NCBI GenBank assembly: GCA_016748015.1
Contig: JAAOMT010000507.1
Span: forward strand, 1 to 64,000
Source: Geosiphon pyriformis uo1
Taxonomy: Eukaryota > Fungi > Glomeromycota
Length of the DNA: 64,000 bases
Direction of reading: 5' to 3'
Shown: positions 51,388-64,000 of the stretch, piece after piece
Numbering within the stretch: the stretch's first letter is position 1
How the letters are laid out: each line of letters starts with the position of its first letter
Position numbers and translations under genes: made by a program
The notes under the pieces: generated by a model
Seen by the model: only the letters and a program-made list of their open reading frames with translations
Databases searched by the model: none
Told to the model about the DNA's origin: nothing

Positions 51388-53513
51388 CTACACTGAATCA
51401 AAAGTAAGTGAGAATAATCCCAACTCACGAATTCTCTTAATGATACCATTCAGATTTCTAGAATCAAAAATAAACTCACTAAGAAACAATCTAGTAAACT
51501 CAATATTGCTCTTGGTTTCAGCACCAGACATTTGCCACAAAGCAATAAAATGCTCAATAGTGTCCTCACTTAAAAAGAAAAGCTTAGCAGCCAGCATACC
51601 ATCATAATCCATATCACCAAAGTCAACCTCAGATCTAAGACAAGCAATGTTCTTGGAGATCCCAACCAAGAGGTTAGAAAAATTGTTAGCAGCACTCTTT
51701 ATAGAAATGAAATCTTTCTCGACCTGAACAGCCTTAGCAGCATTATCATCAAAAAAACGAGACACCAAAGCAACCAAAGAACCAACAAGCTTAACAATAG
51801 ACTTAACTAGAGCAGCCAAATCCGAAATCTGCTTTTCCAAAGAGTCCAACCTAGAACTAACAGCAGAATTAGCAGCAGAAGCAGTCAAAAAAGCCACTAA
51901 AGGAGGAAACTCAGAAAGACCAGAAAGAGCAGCAGTCTTGGCATATGAAGCAGAACCCACAAAATGAGACTTGAAAATCTTGGGAACTTTGGGAGTAGGA
52001 GGTGGAGAAATCTTGCAATCTGTGGCCAGATGGCCCATTTCTTGACACTTAAAGCAGCGCTGGCAGCCAGGAGTTTCCCACCAGATATGGCATTTCCTTA
52101 GAGTACCAGTCTTGACTACAGCAGAATCCAAATTGCCTTGAGAGTCAAATGTAATCAAAGCAAACCAGAAATGACGACCAGAATCAGAAGAACGAGGGAT
52201 GAAACATGTTTGACCACCAATCTGAGAAATCATATCACTGATTTTAAAGGCAGTACAGCCAGGGGGAAAGTTGACCAATTTGGCCTTAAACTTATCACAA
52301 GACAAAATAGTCTCATTTTAATTCACCAGAGGGAGGATTCTAACACTATCCTTGTTCACCAAGACTGACCAATGCTTCAAGGCAGATACAGCAAAGTCCA
52401 ACTTTTCAAAATATACCACCACATATTGCCAAATGCCAGCAGACTTCAGCACAACACAAGTAACACTACCAAACACACTAAGAGCCAACTTAATGTCAGC
52501 TGCAGACACACCTAAAGGCATATTATGCAGCACAACAGCAGCAAGAGAGGAACCAGATTCAGAAATCACCAAAGACTTGTCAATTTTGAGAATAACCAAA
52601 TGAACAAAGTTTGTAAGCTCAACCAGAAATGCAGTTTCCAAAGACTGTTGAGAAGCAAACTTCATACAGAAAAGCTTCACATTGTCTTTTGAAACAGATT
52701 TAGCACCCAAGAAACCATGCACAGACTAAAAAACAGTCTTAACATAAGCCAATTTGATCTTAAAAGTAACATCAGGCACCAGAGTAGAGGCCACCCACCC
52801 AGCAAACCTTTGACAACTAATAATAGTTTTCCAAGCACCACCAAAAGTAGTACCAGAAACTAGAGAAGGAGATGAATCAGTTTCTATTTGATCAGCCCAG
52901 TTCTCAAAAACAGGTGACCCAACAGGAAGAGATTGTTTTGCTTTTAAAACCGGCAAAGATCTACTGGAAGACACCATATTTGGCAACACAGCCAGTAGTT
53001 GATTTTGGCTCATCTTGGATGATGTGCTGGATAATACTATAAAGATCTCATCTAAGATTTCATTGGGAACCACAAAGGGGTTTAGTGTAACAATAGCAGA
53101 GGCAAGCGACTGTTCCCACTTTTCTGAACTTTTGGTCTTTTTGATCATTTTTTTGAAGAGGTAATGCCAGAAGCATCAGGTGTTGAATCTATAGAGGGGA
53201 AGACCAGCTTATTTACTGGTCTATTATAAAAAACTTTTGGGTTCTTAGTCGGAGTGGAGACAACACTGAGACTAACCCAAGTGTGTCTCTTTGAGGGAAC
53301 TTTGACTGGTGAAAAACCAGCCAAAGATGAGGAAGTTGATTCAGTGGCCATCAAAGGCAGCTTTTCACAATTACTGGGTAAAGGGAAGGCTTCTAAAACG
53401 TTTTGCCTAGTTGCTTCTACAACAAAGAGAGCTCCTTTGGTTGAAATTTTATTAGATATCTCAGAACAGATATCTAGTACAGCTTTTTTACTCTTTGCTC
53501 TGGTCGTGGTCAT
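51388..53513 (-). mobile_element. Disrupted retroelement ORF1/gag-like gene (about 700 aa) with a CCHC zinc knuckle
   Basis: Four consecutive ORFs join into one: a frameshift in an A-run at about 53148 and in-frame stops at 52728-52726 and 52320-52318. CFKCQEMGHLATDC is a CX2CX4HX4C knuckle. RRM-like segments (VVLHNMPLGVSAADIKLALSVFGSV; KLVNFPPGCTAFKI) as in non-LTR ORF1 proteins. Confidence 0.8.
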
Positions 53514-54179
53514 AAAATTAAGGAGACAAAGAGTTTTTTTACAAAATAATCCCAAACTATTTATCTATTTTATAATTAATATTTATAAAAATAAAATAAA
53601 ACAAAAATAATTGTATTTAAATGTTAATATTAAACAATATTACCAGAAGTAATTTAATAATAATAATAATATAAAATAAAAATAACAATAATTTTAATAA
53701 CTTTTAATAAAAAATGTTTAAACAAATAATAAAAGTTTAATAATAAATAATAAATTTATTTTTTAATTTTATTATAATATGCTCAAAAAATATTTAAAAA
53801 ACAGCTTAAAAAAAACAAAATAGAATTATTAAAGACATAATTTTTATTTAAAATATTAATATAATTATCTCTTTTATTTTTTAAATAATAAATAAATACT
53901 ATGTTTAAATTTTATTAATATTAAAAACCAATTAGCTTTATTTTTAATGAAAAAATAAAAAACTTTATAAAAAATATTTTAAAATAATATTTAAAGTTTA
54001 TAATTAATAATTAAACAAAAAAACCTATTAAAAAAATATTAAATTAATATTAAAACTTTATTAATTAGAAATACTTTAAAGATAAAGATTTATTTGGCTC
54101 AATAAATTTTATTTAATATGTAATTAAAACCAAAAATATTTATTAAAAATTTTATTAATTAAATTCCTAAAATAATAAA

Positions 54180-55300
54180 AAAAATAAATTAAATAGAAAA
54201 ACTGGAATTTATACAAAAAAACCAAATATTTTCAATTATAGTAATATCTAAGAAAAGAAAAATTTTTTATTTTATGTTAACTATAATCAATTAAATATAA
54301 TTATCAATTAAAATATTTATTTATTTTTAAAAATTACTAATATTTTAAATCAATTTAAAAACTTAGCTTATTTATAATAATTAATTTAATTGTTAAATTT
54401 TAGCAAGTAAAAATAAATTTTATTAGCAAAAAAAAACTGTTTTATTAAAAAATATGAAACTTATAAATTATAATAATATTTTTAAATTAATAAATATTTT
54501 ATTAAATTTTCAAAGATTAATAAATAAAGTATTTAAGCCAGTATATCAAATATTTGTTTTAATGTATGTAAATAATATTATTGTGTATTCAAAAATATAT
54601 AATAAATATTTAAATCACTTATAACAAGTTTTTAACTTTTTTAAAAATACTAAACTTAAAATTAATTCAATTAAATCATTTTTTAAAGATATTTTATTAC
54701 AAAAAATAAAATTTTTCTAAATTTAGCCAAATTAAAAAATATATAGAAGTTTAGACAATTAATAAATATAATTGTATTTTAATTTTTTTGAATTGGTTTT
54801 ATATTATTGAAAATTTATAAAGAATTTTAATCAGCTTTATAGAAAAAAATTTAACAAATTAAAAAAATTACACAATTACTATAATTTAATGCTTATTGAC
54901 ACAAATATCTTCTTGAAAAACAATTTACAGTATATACTAAATATCAAGTTTTGGTTTAGTTAAAAAACAAAAGAAAATTAGATCATAAAAAATATTTTGC
55001 TAAATTATATACTTAAATAAATATTATTATAAAATTAAAAATTGCAAAAAAACAAATAATTAAAATACAAATATTTTATTTTAAATAGTCATTTAGTAAA
55101 AAAATTAGTACAAACTAATAAAAACTAATTCTTAGTAAAATATTTTAAATTAATAATAACAATAAACTTAAAAAACTACTTAAATATTTGTCAAATTTTT
55201 AAGTAAAAAACAATATTTACTAAAATATAATTAATATCAAAAAATATTTGTAAAAAACAATTAAAATTTTATTTGATTTATTAAATCAATTGTATTAAAA
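54180..55300 (+). mobile_element. Hypermutated Ty3/Gypsy pol relic (RT, probable integrase Zn finger)
   Basis: Translation gives YVNYNQLN (cf. CVDYRxLN), INLIVKF*QV at 54380-54409 (cf. IDLxxGFWQV), KTVF and FQRLINKVF...LMYVNNIIVYSKIYNKYLNHL*QVF at 54508-54633 (cf. FQRLMDxVF...VYVDDIIVYSKTxxEHLxHLxxVF). A weaker HHCC-like relic lies at about 55070-55200. Confidence 0.85.
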
Positions 55301-56299
55301 AAACTGATTAATTTTATATATATAAAAATTATATGTAAATATAAATACTTAAAGAATTATTATTAAATAAAAAAAGTTTTTTTTAGCTTATTAATAAAAA
55401 AACTTTATAAGAAACTTAAAATATATTACAAACTCTTTTTTTATTATTATTTTTAAATTAACAAATTAGTAATAAAAAGATTTATAAAACAAAGTTTTAT
55501 TTTTAGTACTTTTTGTTTATTTAATAGTTAATCATATTATTATTGATTATATATTCTTTTATTTTTTTATAAACAAATAGCAATATTACTTATTAAAACA
55601 GAAATTGAGACAATATTTTTTAAAAACAACAAAAAACAAGTACAAAAACATTTTGCAATGAAAATTTGAAATAATTTTTATTTTTTAATAGAAATACAAA
55701 TTAAAAAATATTATAAAAAATTTAATTAGTTATTAGTTGTTATAATATTTTTTAAACATTTTTTGAATATTAAACAAAAAATTATTTAGATGTTTTGTTT
55801 AATATTAAAAAATAAATAATAATAAAAAATAAAATTAAAGTATATTTTATTATTAATTTACAAAAAATTATTACAAAAAATCAAAAAATTGGCAACAAAT
55901 TAAAAAAATATATGTTTAAATACATAATAGCCAAAAAATATTTTTTTAATATACTTAAAAAAAAAAATAAAAAGGTTTTGCTTATAAATAAAAGCAATTT
56001 ATATGGAAAACAACTTAAAATATATAGAAAACTTGGTAAAATTATTGAAAATATAAAATTTATAAGAAAAACAACTTTAAAAATTCAAATAAAAATCTTA
56101 AATATTATATATTTAAAAGTTTTAAAAGTTTTTAAAAGTCTTAAAACTGTTAATTTTAACTTAAAAACAAATAAAATAAGATAAAAAAATCAAGTTTAAT
56201 ATAAACTAAATTGTTTTAATTATGAATAATATTATAATAATAATAATAATTAATACATGTAATTAAAATATGATTCATATTAAATTTTAAAATAATAAT

Positions 56300-58320
56300 A
56301 TTATTAAATATTAAAAAATATAATTTAATTATAATTTATATATTAAAAATTATAGAAAATAAGTACAACTTATATGTTTTTTATGTATAATAAATTATTT
56401 AAATTAATATTAAAGTTATATTATATTAAATATTACAAAAAAATTTAGCTTCTATTTTATTAATAATAAAGTTTAAATTTATGTTATTTTTAATAAACTT
56501 ATTAATTAAACTTTAGTTTTTTATTATATTATATATTTTGAATCTAAATTTTTTACAAAAACTACAAATAAATCAATAAATTATTTAATTTATTCATAAA
56601 ATTATCAAGATTTTAACCAAATTCTTGATTTAAATACTTACAAAGAATCAATTTTGCTTTATTATAAATTAAGTTAATTTTAATAATTTAAAATTTTAAG
56701 TATTTAATTCAAACTTAAGATTAATATTAATTGCATACAATACAAAAAAAATAACAGTTTTAACATAAGATTTTATATTAAATAATTAATTTATAGAAAT
56801 ATTAAAAGACACAAAATTTTTTAATATAACAAAAGCTTAGCAATTTAGAAATTTTTTATCAAAATAACATTTTTACAGAATATAAATTTTAATAATAGCA
56901 ATATTAAGAGCTTTCTTAAACTTAAAAATAATAGTAACAAATTTTAAAATTAAGTAATCAAATAATAAAACCAACTTGGTTTTAAAAAAGTTATAAAAAA
57001 CTAAAGCTGATTGTGAATTCATATTAATTTGACAAATATATTGTTGTTATTATTATTAAATACAAAAAAAAACTGCTTTTTACAGTCAAAATAGAAACAA
57101 ACACTATAATTGATACATAAATAACAGAATTTGTAAAATAATTTTTAGTTTAAGTTTTTTTAAACAACAAATTAAAATCAATTTTAATATTTTTATTATT
57201 ATTATAAAAAATCTTAAGATTTTTAATAATACGTTTTTTTTAATTAAATACAGATTAACAATTAGTTATATAATTTTAATATTATTATTTGATTTGAAAA
57301 ATTAATTGAAAATATAAAAACCAAAGCAGTTTCTTTAAAATATTATTGATTTTTGGTAATATTTATTAAATTTTTTTTGGGTAAATAGTTTTTATTTAAT
57401 ATTTAGCATAAAATTGGTCATTAAAACCAATAATAAAATTAACTAAATTTTATTTTAATTTTTTTTTAAAATTGCGAAATCTGTTATAGCTTTCAGTTCT
57501 ATTTCTGTTTTTGTTGTTATATTTCAAAACTACTATTAAAATATTTAATAAAGTTGTTAATATTAAGCTAAAATATAATAATATTATTTTTAAGTTTTAG
57601 AAAACTCTTAATATTACTATCAAAACTAAAATTTTAAAAAATAGCTGTGTTTAATAATAAATTTTTGAATATTGATATTATTACAAATATTAAAAGTTTG
57701 AATTATCTGGTTTTAATTTGTAAAATCACTTTTTTTGGTTTAAGTAAAAATATTATTAAACAGTTTCCAATAAAAAAAAATTATTACAACTTATTTTGTT
57801 GGTTCTATTTTTTATGTTTAGACAATTTTTTAGTCCACTGTGTCTTATTTTGTTACAACTAAATTTAATATAAAAACCAAAAAAAATTTATTTGAATTAT
57901 TTGTGTTTTCTAATAAGTTTGTTCCAAAACAAAGAATCAAATTTCAGAGTTTAAAAGCCAAAATCCCAGATTTAGAAAAAAGTATGACTTGTTTAAATAA
58001 TAAATAATAAGATGTTATGTTTTATTAAAATAATAGTGAAATTCTAATAGAAACATATAAATTATTTGTTATTAGATAACAAATTTAAAAGTAAAATATC
58101 TAATAATGTTTTTAATTAAATATTAACATTATGAAAATTCTAAAGTAAATCTGTTAAGAATAATAAATGTGTTAATAAAACTTAGATAAAAAAAATATTT
58201 GTAATAAAAAATATATAAATAAATACATTAAAAAAATAAAGCAGATAATTTGTTTGAAATACATGACGTAACATAAGTTTAAATAACTAGTTGTATATAA
58301 AAAGCATATAAGCCACATTT
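56300..58320. mobile_element. AT-rich hypermutated repeat relic related to the 33-36 kb block (boundaries approximate)
   Basis: Collinear similarity to 35560-36040, including the shared end motif at 58278-58314. Confidence 0.55.
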
Positions 58321-60506
58321 ACACTTTTATAAACAATTTAAAACGATAAATGTATATTTAAAATATTTTAAATGACTTTATTGTAATGTTATCAAAATTT
58401 CTTTATTAAAATTTAAATTTTTGACTTATATAATTAATGTATTCAATAACGTGACAAATTTGTTTTGAATTACAAAATTTTTTTTTACATTATAATTTCA
58501 ATCATAATTATTATTTAAAAATAACAAGTTGAAATTAAAATTCCAACATTACTTTTTTTCTTAAAAGTGTTGTCAAAAAATATTTTCAAAGTTTTTTATC
58601 TTCAAAAATTTTACTTGAATTTTATTAAAGCTTAATTATCCTAGAAAAAAAATTAAACTTGTGAATAAAAATCACGTTTTTTTTATTTAATAATATTAAA
58701 TCTTGATTTGGCAAATCTATATGGAGAAAATAAAGGTCATTTTATTATTACTTGTTAATATATGGTAAAAATTTTATTATTATCAACGAAATTATTATTT
58801 TAATTCGAAAATATGAGATGTTCCCTTTTTTTGGATATTTAGAATGCTATTATTAAAATTTTAACCATGCCAAAGGAAAAATAATCTATAAATGGCAGAT
58901 GAAATCACAATTGAACTTATTATGTGATTCGTTCCTAACACTCTTATAAAGTGTCTCACGACTTTTGAAGAGCAACATTGGAAGCAATGAGTCATTGGCT
59001 AAAAAAGCAATGATCTTCCTGCATGATTTTATTAGATCTCACGTGAACTTCCCGATCATTATTGCCATCTGAGATAATCATGATCTGTGATTCACAGATA
59101 ATTTCTGGCTGACGTTAAGGGTGATAAACAATATTTTTTACGGTTGGTGTACAATTGAAAATTTACTTGTTATACTTTAATAAATATATCAAAGTCATTT
59201 TAAAATATATTTTAAGTCACTTTAAAAAAATATTCTAACAAAAACTCCGAGTATTCTTAAATAAAAGGCTTTATATTAGAACCAAGTGATACATGTATAT
59301 AGTATTTAAAATTGGTTTTGGGTTTTAGATATTAAGGTAAAAACCAGTTTTAGTATTAAGGGATAGAAAACACTCTTATATTATGAATGACAAAATCGAA
59401 TGATCTTTTCCTTCACTATCTTTGTTTTTGATGTGCATACAATTGAGTTGTGGACTTCTCTTTAGAAATATAGGTTTCCTAACTGCCTATAAAGTTAATC
59501 AGGCTTATTAACGTTTAATTTTAATTAAATGTTTCAAATAATGGCTTCACAAAGCATTGTGAGATGATTTGGAACTCGAGGATTCAGAAAAAAGAAACTT
59601 CAATTGTTCATAGAAATTAATAAAGCCCAATTAAGTTTATCTTTTGTTTCGGAGGGTTTTGAAATTTCGGAGAGACCAAAAGACGTTTTTGTAAATAACT
59701 TTTTTGTAATTGGTTCTTGTCTGCATTGGGACGCAAAAATTTGAGATCAGACATTAGGCTCAGTATAGAAATATTCAATGCATGGTACTCTTGGTTTTCA
59801 AGACAATAAATGAAGATTGTTCTTTGAGATTGTTTGAGAATGTTCTGAATTTTTTGATAAAGAGCCAAAGCTATCACCTCATTGAAAAGAAGGAAACCAA
59901 TCAGGGGTCTTTCATGTTTTTCCCAAAATAAGGTTTATTTTATTTTATGTTTATTATTTTATGACCCGCCCAATCCTTTTGGGTTTGACTGATAACTATA
60001 AAAAAAAATTTATTTGTATCATACTAATAATTATACACGCGTTTAAAGCAGCAGATCTGTGCAAAATAACAAGATTCAACAAGAAAAGACGCGTCCATTA
60101 AACCAAATCAAGTGTTTGTGAAAAAAATGAAAGATATCTTTATGTAATAATATTTATTATGCACTTTCTCCTTTATTCAAAGCCCAATCAAGTTTGAGAT
60201 GAAAAATAGGTATTAAAATAATTGGCTCTAATAGAATTTTGAGAGTTACAGAATGGAGAATAGCGAGAAGGTGTGATAAGGTTGACAAAGTAAAGAATCT
60301 GTTTGATTGAAGGAATAATTGGGAAAAATTTGTCATCATGAATTCATACATTATGCAAATTTCTACCACTCCGGGAATCAAACAGGTTAATTATGACACA
60401 GGTTTGGACAGTAATTTACTGGTTTCAATACCCTGGTTTTGGGGCTTAATTTATATTATTTCATGTGAACAGAAAAAAATTTATAAGGTTCAGCACCGAG
60501 TATGTC

Positions 60507-60508
<2 letters not shown>

Positions 60509-60563
<55 letters not shown>

Positions 60564-60567
60564 GTAC

Positions 60568-60658
<91 letters not shown>

Positions 60659-60697
60659 TACTAATAATAATAATAATAATAATAATAATAGTACTAA
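60509..60697. repeat. (AAT)n microsatellite
   Basis: Direct reading; source of the spurious poly-N and poly-I ORFs. Confidence 0.95.
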
Positions 60698-62586
60698 TAG
60701 ATCTTGCGCAAAGTGTATTCAATAATCACACCTCTTTGTTTCTAATAACATATAGTCAAGATAGATCGCTTGAAAGAGCTTGGTTCTTTTTCAGTTAGCA
60801 AAAAAATTTGTGCAATAATTTATTCTCAAAGTTTTAATCAAGTACAAAATATATTCTTAAATTTATATTGTAATTTTACACAAAATCTTTTCTTATATAT
60901 ACCATCATTTAGATGATTGGTTCAATACAATTCGCTAACTTTAAAAGTGCGAAACCTGCTTTGACTCAACGTTAAATATCTAAAGAAAATTTATTAGTTT
61001 TTAAAAGATTGCAGTTTAAAATTAAATTCTTTTCAGCGAGAAAGTTTATATTACGATGATATTATTAGAAATTTATTAAAGAAATCAGGAGAAGTGAAAT
61101 TGAATGAACACAAAATGTGTAAAATTAAGATAACAAAGAAACTCTTTCCACTTGGGATTCAAAGAATTCAAATTCTAAATACCAGCCCAAATGTCGAAAT
61201 TCATCCCTTCCTCTCGATACAAATATAGCAATTTTATCGGCTTTCCTCGCAAGTGGTCAAGCTCTGGGAGGGAAGGATTTTTAATTTAAAATACTTCAAA
61301 ATTTTGACCTATCAATTATTATAGAATTATTGAGTAACGATATTGCTGATAAACCAAAACTTCTTGTCCATATTTATAGTTTAATCATATAATATATCTT
61401 TTAAAGATAATTTTTTTCATATTAATGAACCCTCAGTGAAACAACTTCGAATGTTAATTTCCTAGCCTAATAGCAAGAACAAGGGAAAATTTTTCAATAG
61501 AGGAACGATGTGACAAGGAAGAGTCAAGTCACATTTGTTCACCCTCAATTTCGTCATCCCAACCAGAAATTTTTGGTTCAGAGATGAAAGTTTCCAAACA
61601 GTGCTGAATATGACCATTCTAGGATGACAATGATATTTGACAATGCACAATGTAAATAATATTGAGTTTGATCGATTCCCATAGCCAAAACCCTTAGACT
61701 TAATATTGATCACATCTTTTGAGAGTAAACAAACCTTATCTCTCTCTCTCTCTCTCTCTCTCTTTTTGTGTTATTTCTGGTATTAGCAATAAAAAAATCG
61801 TTTCAAATCTCGACATGAATCTTTGTTGTTGTTATCGTTAAGTTCCAGAAATTGCATTGGGACCATTAATATAAATCGTATTTGTATAAGCTCCATATTT
61901 CAAAATTTCAAATTGACAAAAACGACAAGTTTTTATAATGAAAAGCATAAATATTATTTGGAATAAAGTTTACTTTGCTCAAAGTTTTCACTTCTACAAA
62001 TTGTCATTTTATCCTTGTTCATATCTGATATGATCACAAGTGGTTTTCGGCGCCGTGTTCGCGACGAAAAGGGAAAACTGATTCACTGTTTAAAAGAAAA
62101 ATGTAGATCATAAAAATTTTTAGTAATTGGATCATCATGCGAATTCAAGATAATTAGTGTCGTGCAAGCATCATAAACCTCGTACACGTGCTCAACAATG
62201 CGTAATTCCCAAATAAGTAAGTCAAACATCAAAAAGTTGTGTAAATTTTATTATGGATTCTGCTAGTTCCACGGAATTCCGCGGGAAAACATAATTTTAA
62301 TAATATCATACCAAGAAATTTTGAATGAAAAATCCCGGTTAGTTGCAAACATTCTTTAAATTTCCCATGGGAATATCCGAGGATTTTATTGTTAATTTCT
62401 ATTTTATTAATCCTGTTCATATCTAATTGATTAATAGATATCACATGCTCCATCATTTGATTACAAAAAACTAACCCCATTTGGTGTTCCAATTAAATCA
62501 AAAGGTAAATTGGAGCAAAATGTTTTTCGAATTATGATTTTCAATCCAACTTGAAAGTTATTGTCACTTTTCAAGTTTCTGATTGA

Positions 62587-63824
62587 TCAATAATATTCCC
62601 CTCCTCTTCGGTCAACCATATCCCAGTCAACGCATTTCCAAAAGTTATCAATATATTTTTCTTTGCCATTCACCCCATAATCAGTAAGGTAAGCATGTTC
62701 CCAAACATTCAAGACTAGAAGTGGTGTAAAATGACCAAGATTTGGAGGTGGGGCCGATGGTATCGCGGATGGAGCTAAAATTCTTTTTTTTTGAGTCGAA
62801 TGTGAATCTGATATTTCTCTTTTAAAATTCTGAGTCCGGGATGTAAAAAAAGATGAGGTTTCATAATTTGGTTCATACTCCTGAGTTCGGGTTGTGTCCA
62901 ATGCTGTACCTTTAAAACAGACATCAAAGAATTTTGAATTATATCTTGAGGAGAAATCAAAACCAAGTTTTAGGGCCATACCTGCATTGTATGAATTTAT
63001 GATATGAAGCCTGGTGTACTCTGATTGAACAAGCCTGTGAGAATGAAAATTTAGATTAATATTTTTCAATAATAACACCTCACGGTTTTTCAAAGGAGTT
63101 GTTTAATCCTCACCACGTCCAACCGGAACCAAATATTCCCATCGCATGATCCTTGAACTGTAAGATTTGGAAGAGATTAATTATTGATCTAATGAGAAAT
63201 ATTTATATATTCATAAAGAGTCTTATTATTTATTTATTTATACCAAATCTTGAAATTGCTTCATGCTCCCAAATGTTTTCTCTATTCGCTGCAAGCTTCT
63301 ATAATTGGTATCCTTTGGATCTTCTAACTATAAAAAGATCAAGATTAAAGAAAATGTTGAAATGATATTTATATCATGAATCAATTTTTGATTACCAATG
63401 CTTGCAAAAAGAAATCGTTATTGAAAGCCTGCGAAGCATAATTAAATACAACGGATTGTGATGGCTCCTTAGAAGTTCTTTCAATGATATCAATTATCGA
63501 TGCTTCTTCAAAGATTGTCGCTTTTAAACAATTATTTATTAATAGGATGTATGTCTAGAAAATTCAAGAATTTTTACCAAAAGTATTCTTACCTGTGGTA
63601 AGGCTATTCAACCGTATAATTAATCTGGCCTGATATTCTTCATATAAAATCTTGAGAGCTGTTGGGGAAAAAAGTGGTGCTAATCCTTTTTCGGGATTAT
63701 AAGGTAGTTCACGCAGATAATGTATGTTGGCTCTTTGTGTCACATTTATTCGATATTGCAATATTGACGCTTTGTAGACAAGGTGTTTTAGGAAGGAAGA
63801 ATGTGTGGAGAATTTGGGAAACAT
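62587..63824 (-). CDS. RSM26: Fe/Mn-SOD-fold mitochondrial small-subunit ribosomal protein (Rsm26/mS42-like); exons 63824-63593, 63520-63396, 63327-63244, 63157-63114, 63034-62982, 62909-62587
   Basis: Basic N-terminal mitochondrial-targeting-like leader; LPYNPEKGLAPLFSP, FNYASQAFNNDFFLQAL, MGIFGSGWTWLV and PLLVLNVWEHAYLTDYG. SOD fold, but the first two His ligands and the Asp of DxWEHAY are substituted, as in Rsm26/Mrp1-type proteins. Confidence 0.8.
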
Positions 63825-64000
63825 TTTTCTGGTAGATCTTTGATGGATTTTTTTCGAATCATGATAATGAGTGATTTCTGATTGGTTTGGTGATCATTTT
63901 AAATGATCATCCAAGCTTCCAACCATTCTCAGTTGGAAGGAAAAATAATCTTGAAATTCATTCAAATGAAAGCTAAAATTGAACCTGTATTAAACATGCA

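Noticed and set aside
60338-60725. Poly-Asn and poly-Ile ORFs
   Set aside because: (AAT)n microsatellite.

Overview
AT-rich, intron-containing eukaryotic DNA from a non-Dikarya fungus. The gene content (MATA-type HMG boxes, Sel1 repeats, F-box-like protein, short two-repeat Myb genes) points to Glomeromycotina, and the repeat ORFs resemble ones I recall from Geosiphon pyriformis; the taxon is inference. Hand-spliced genes: a partial unknown gene at the left edge, two paralogous two-repeat Myb genes with identical intron positions, a secreted M28 leucine aminopeptidase, an F-box-like protein, a secreted His-rich/Ser-repeat protein, an MCH1/nodulin-like MFS transporter, a Cys-rich secreted membrane-anchored protein, a Sel1-repeat protein, two HMG-box genes and a SOD-fold mitoribosomal protein (Rsm26/mS42-like). 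Between them lie extremely AT-rich blocks. At least some are transposons erased by massive C->T/G->A mutation: a Ty3/Gypsy RT still reads in frame with YVDD turned into YVNN. A lightly hit zinc-knuckle ORF1 sits next to it, and a shared CACGTG-containing motif marks three element borders. The strongest lead is a RIP-like, apparently context-relaxed hypermutation process outside Dikarya. Two N gaps, many microsatellites, and no tRNA, rRNA or CRISPR array detected.
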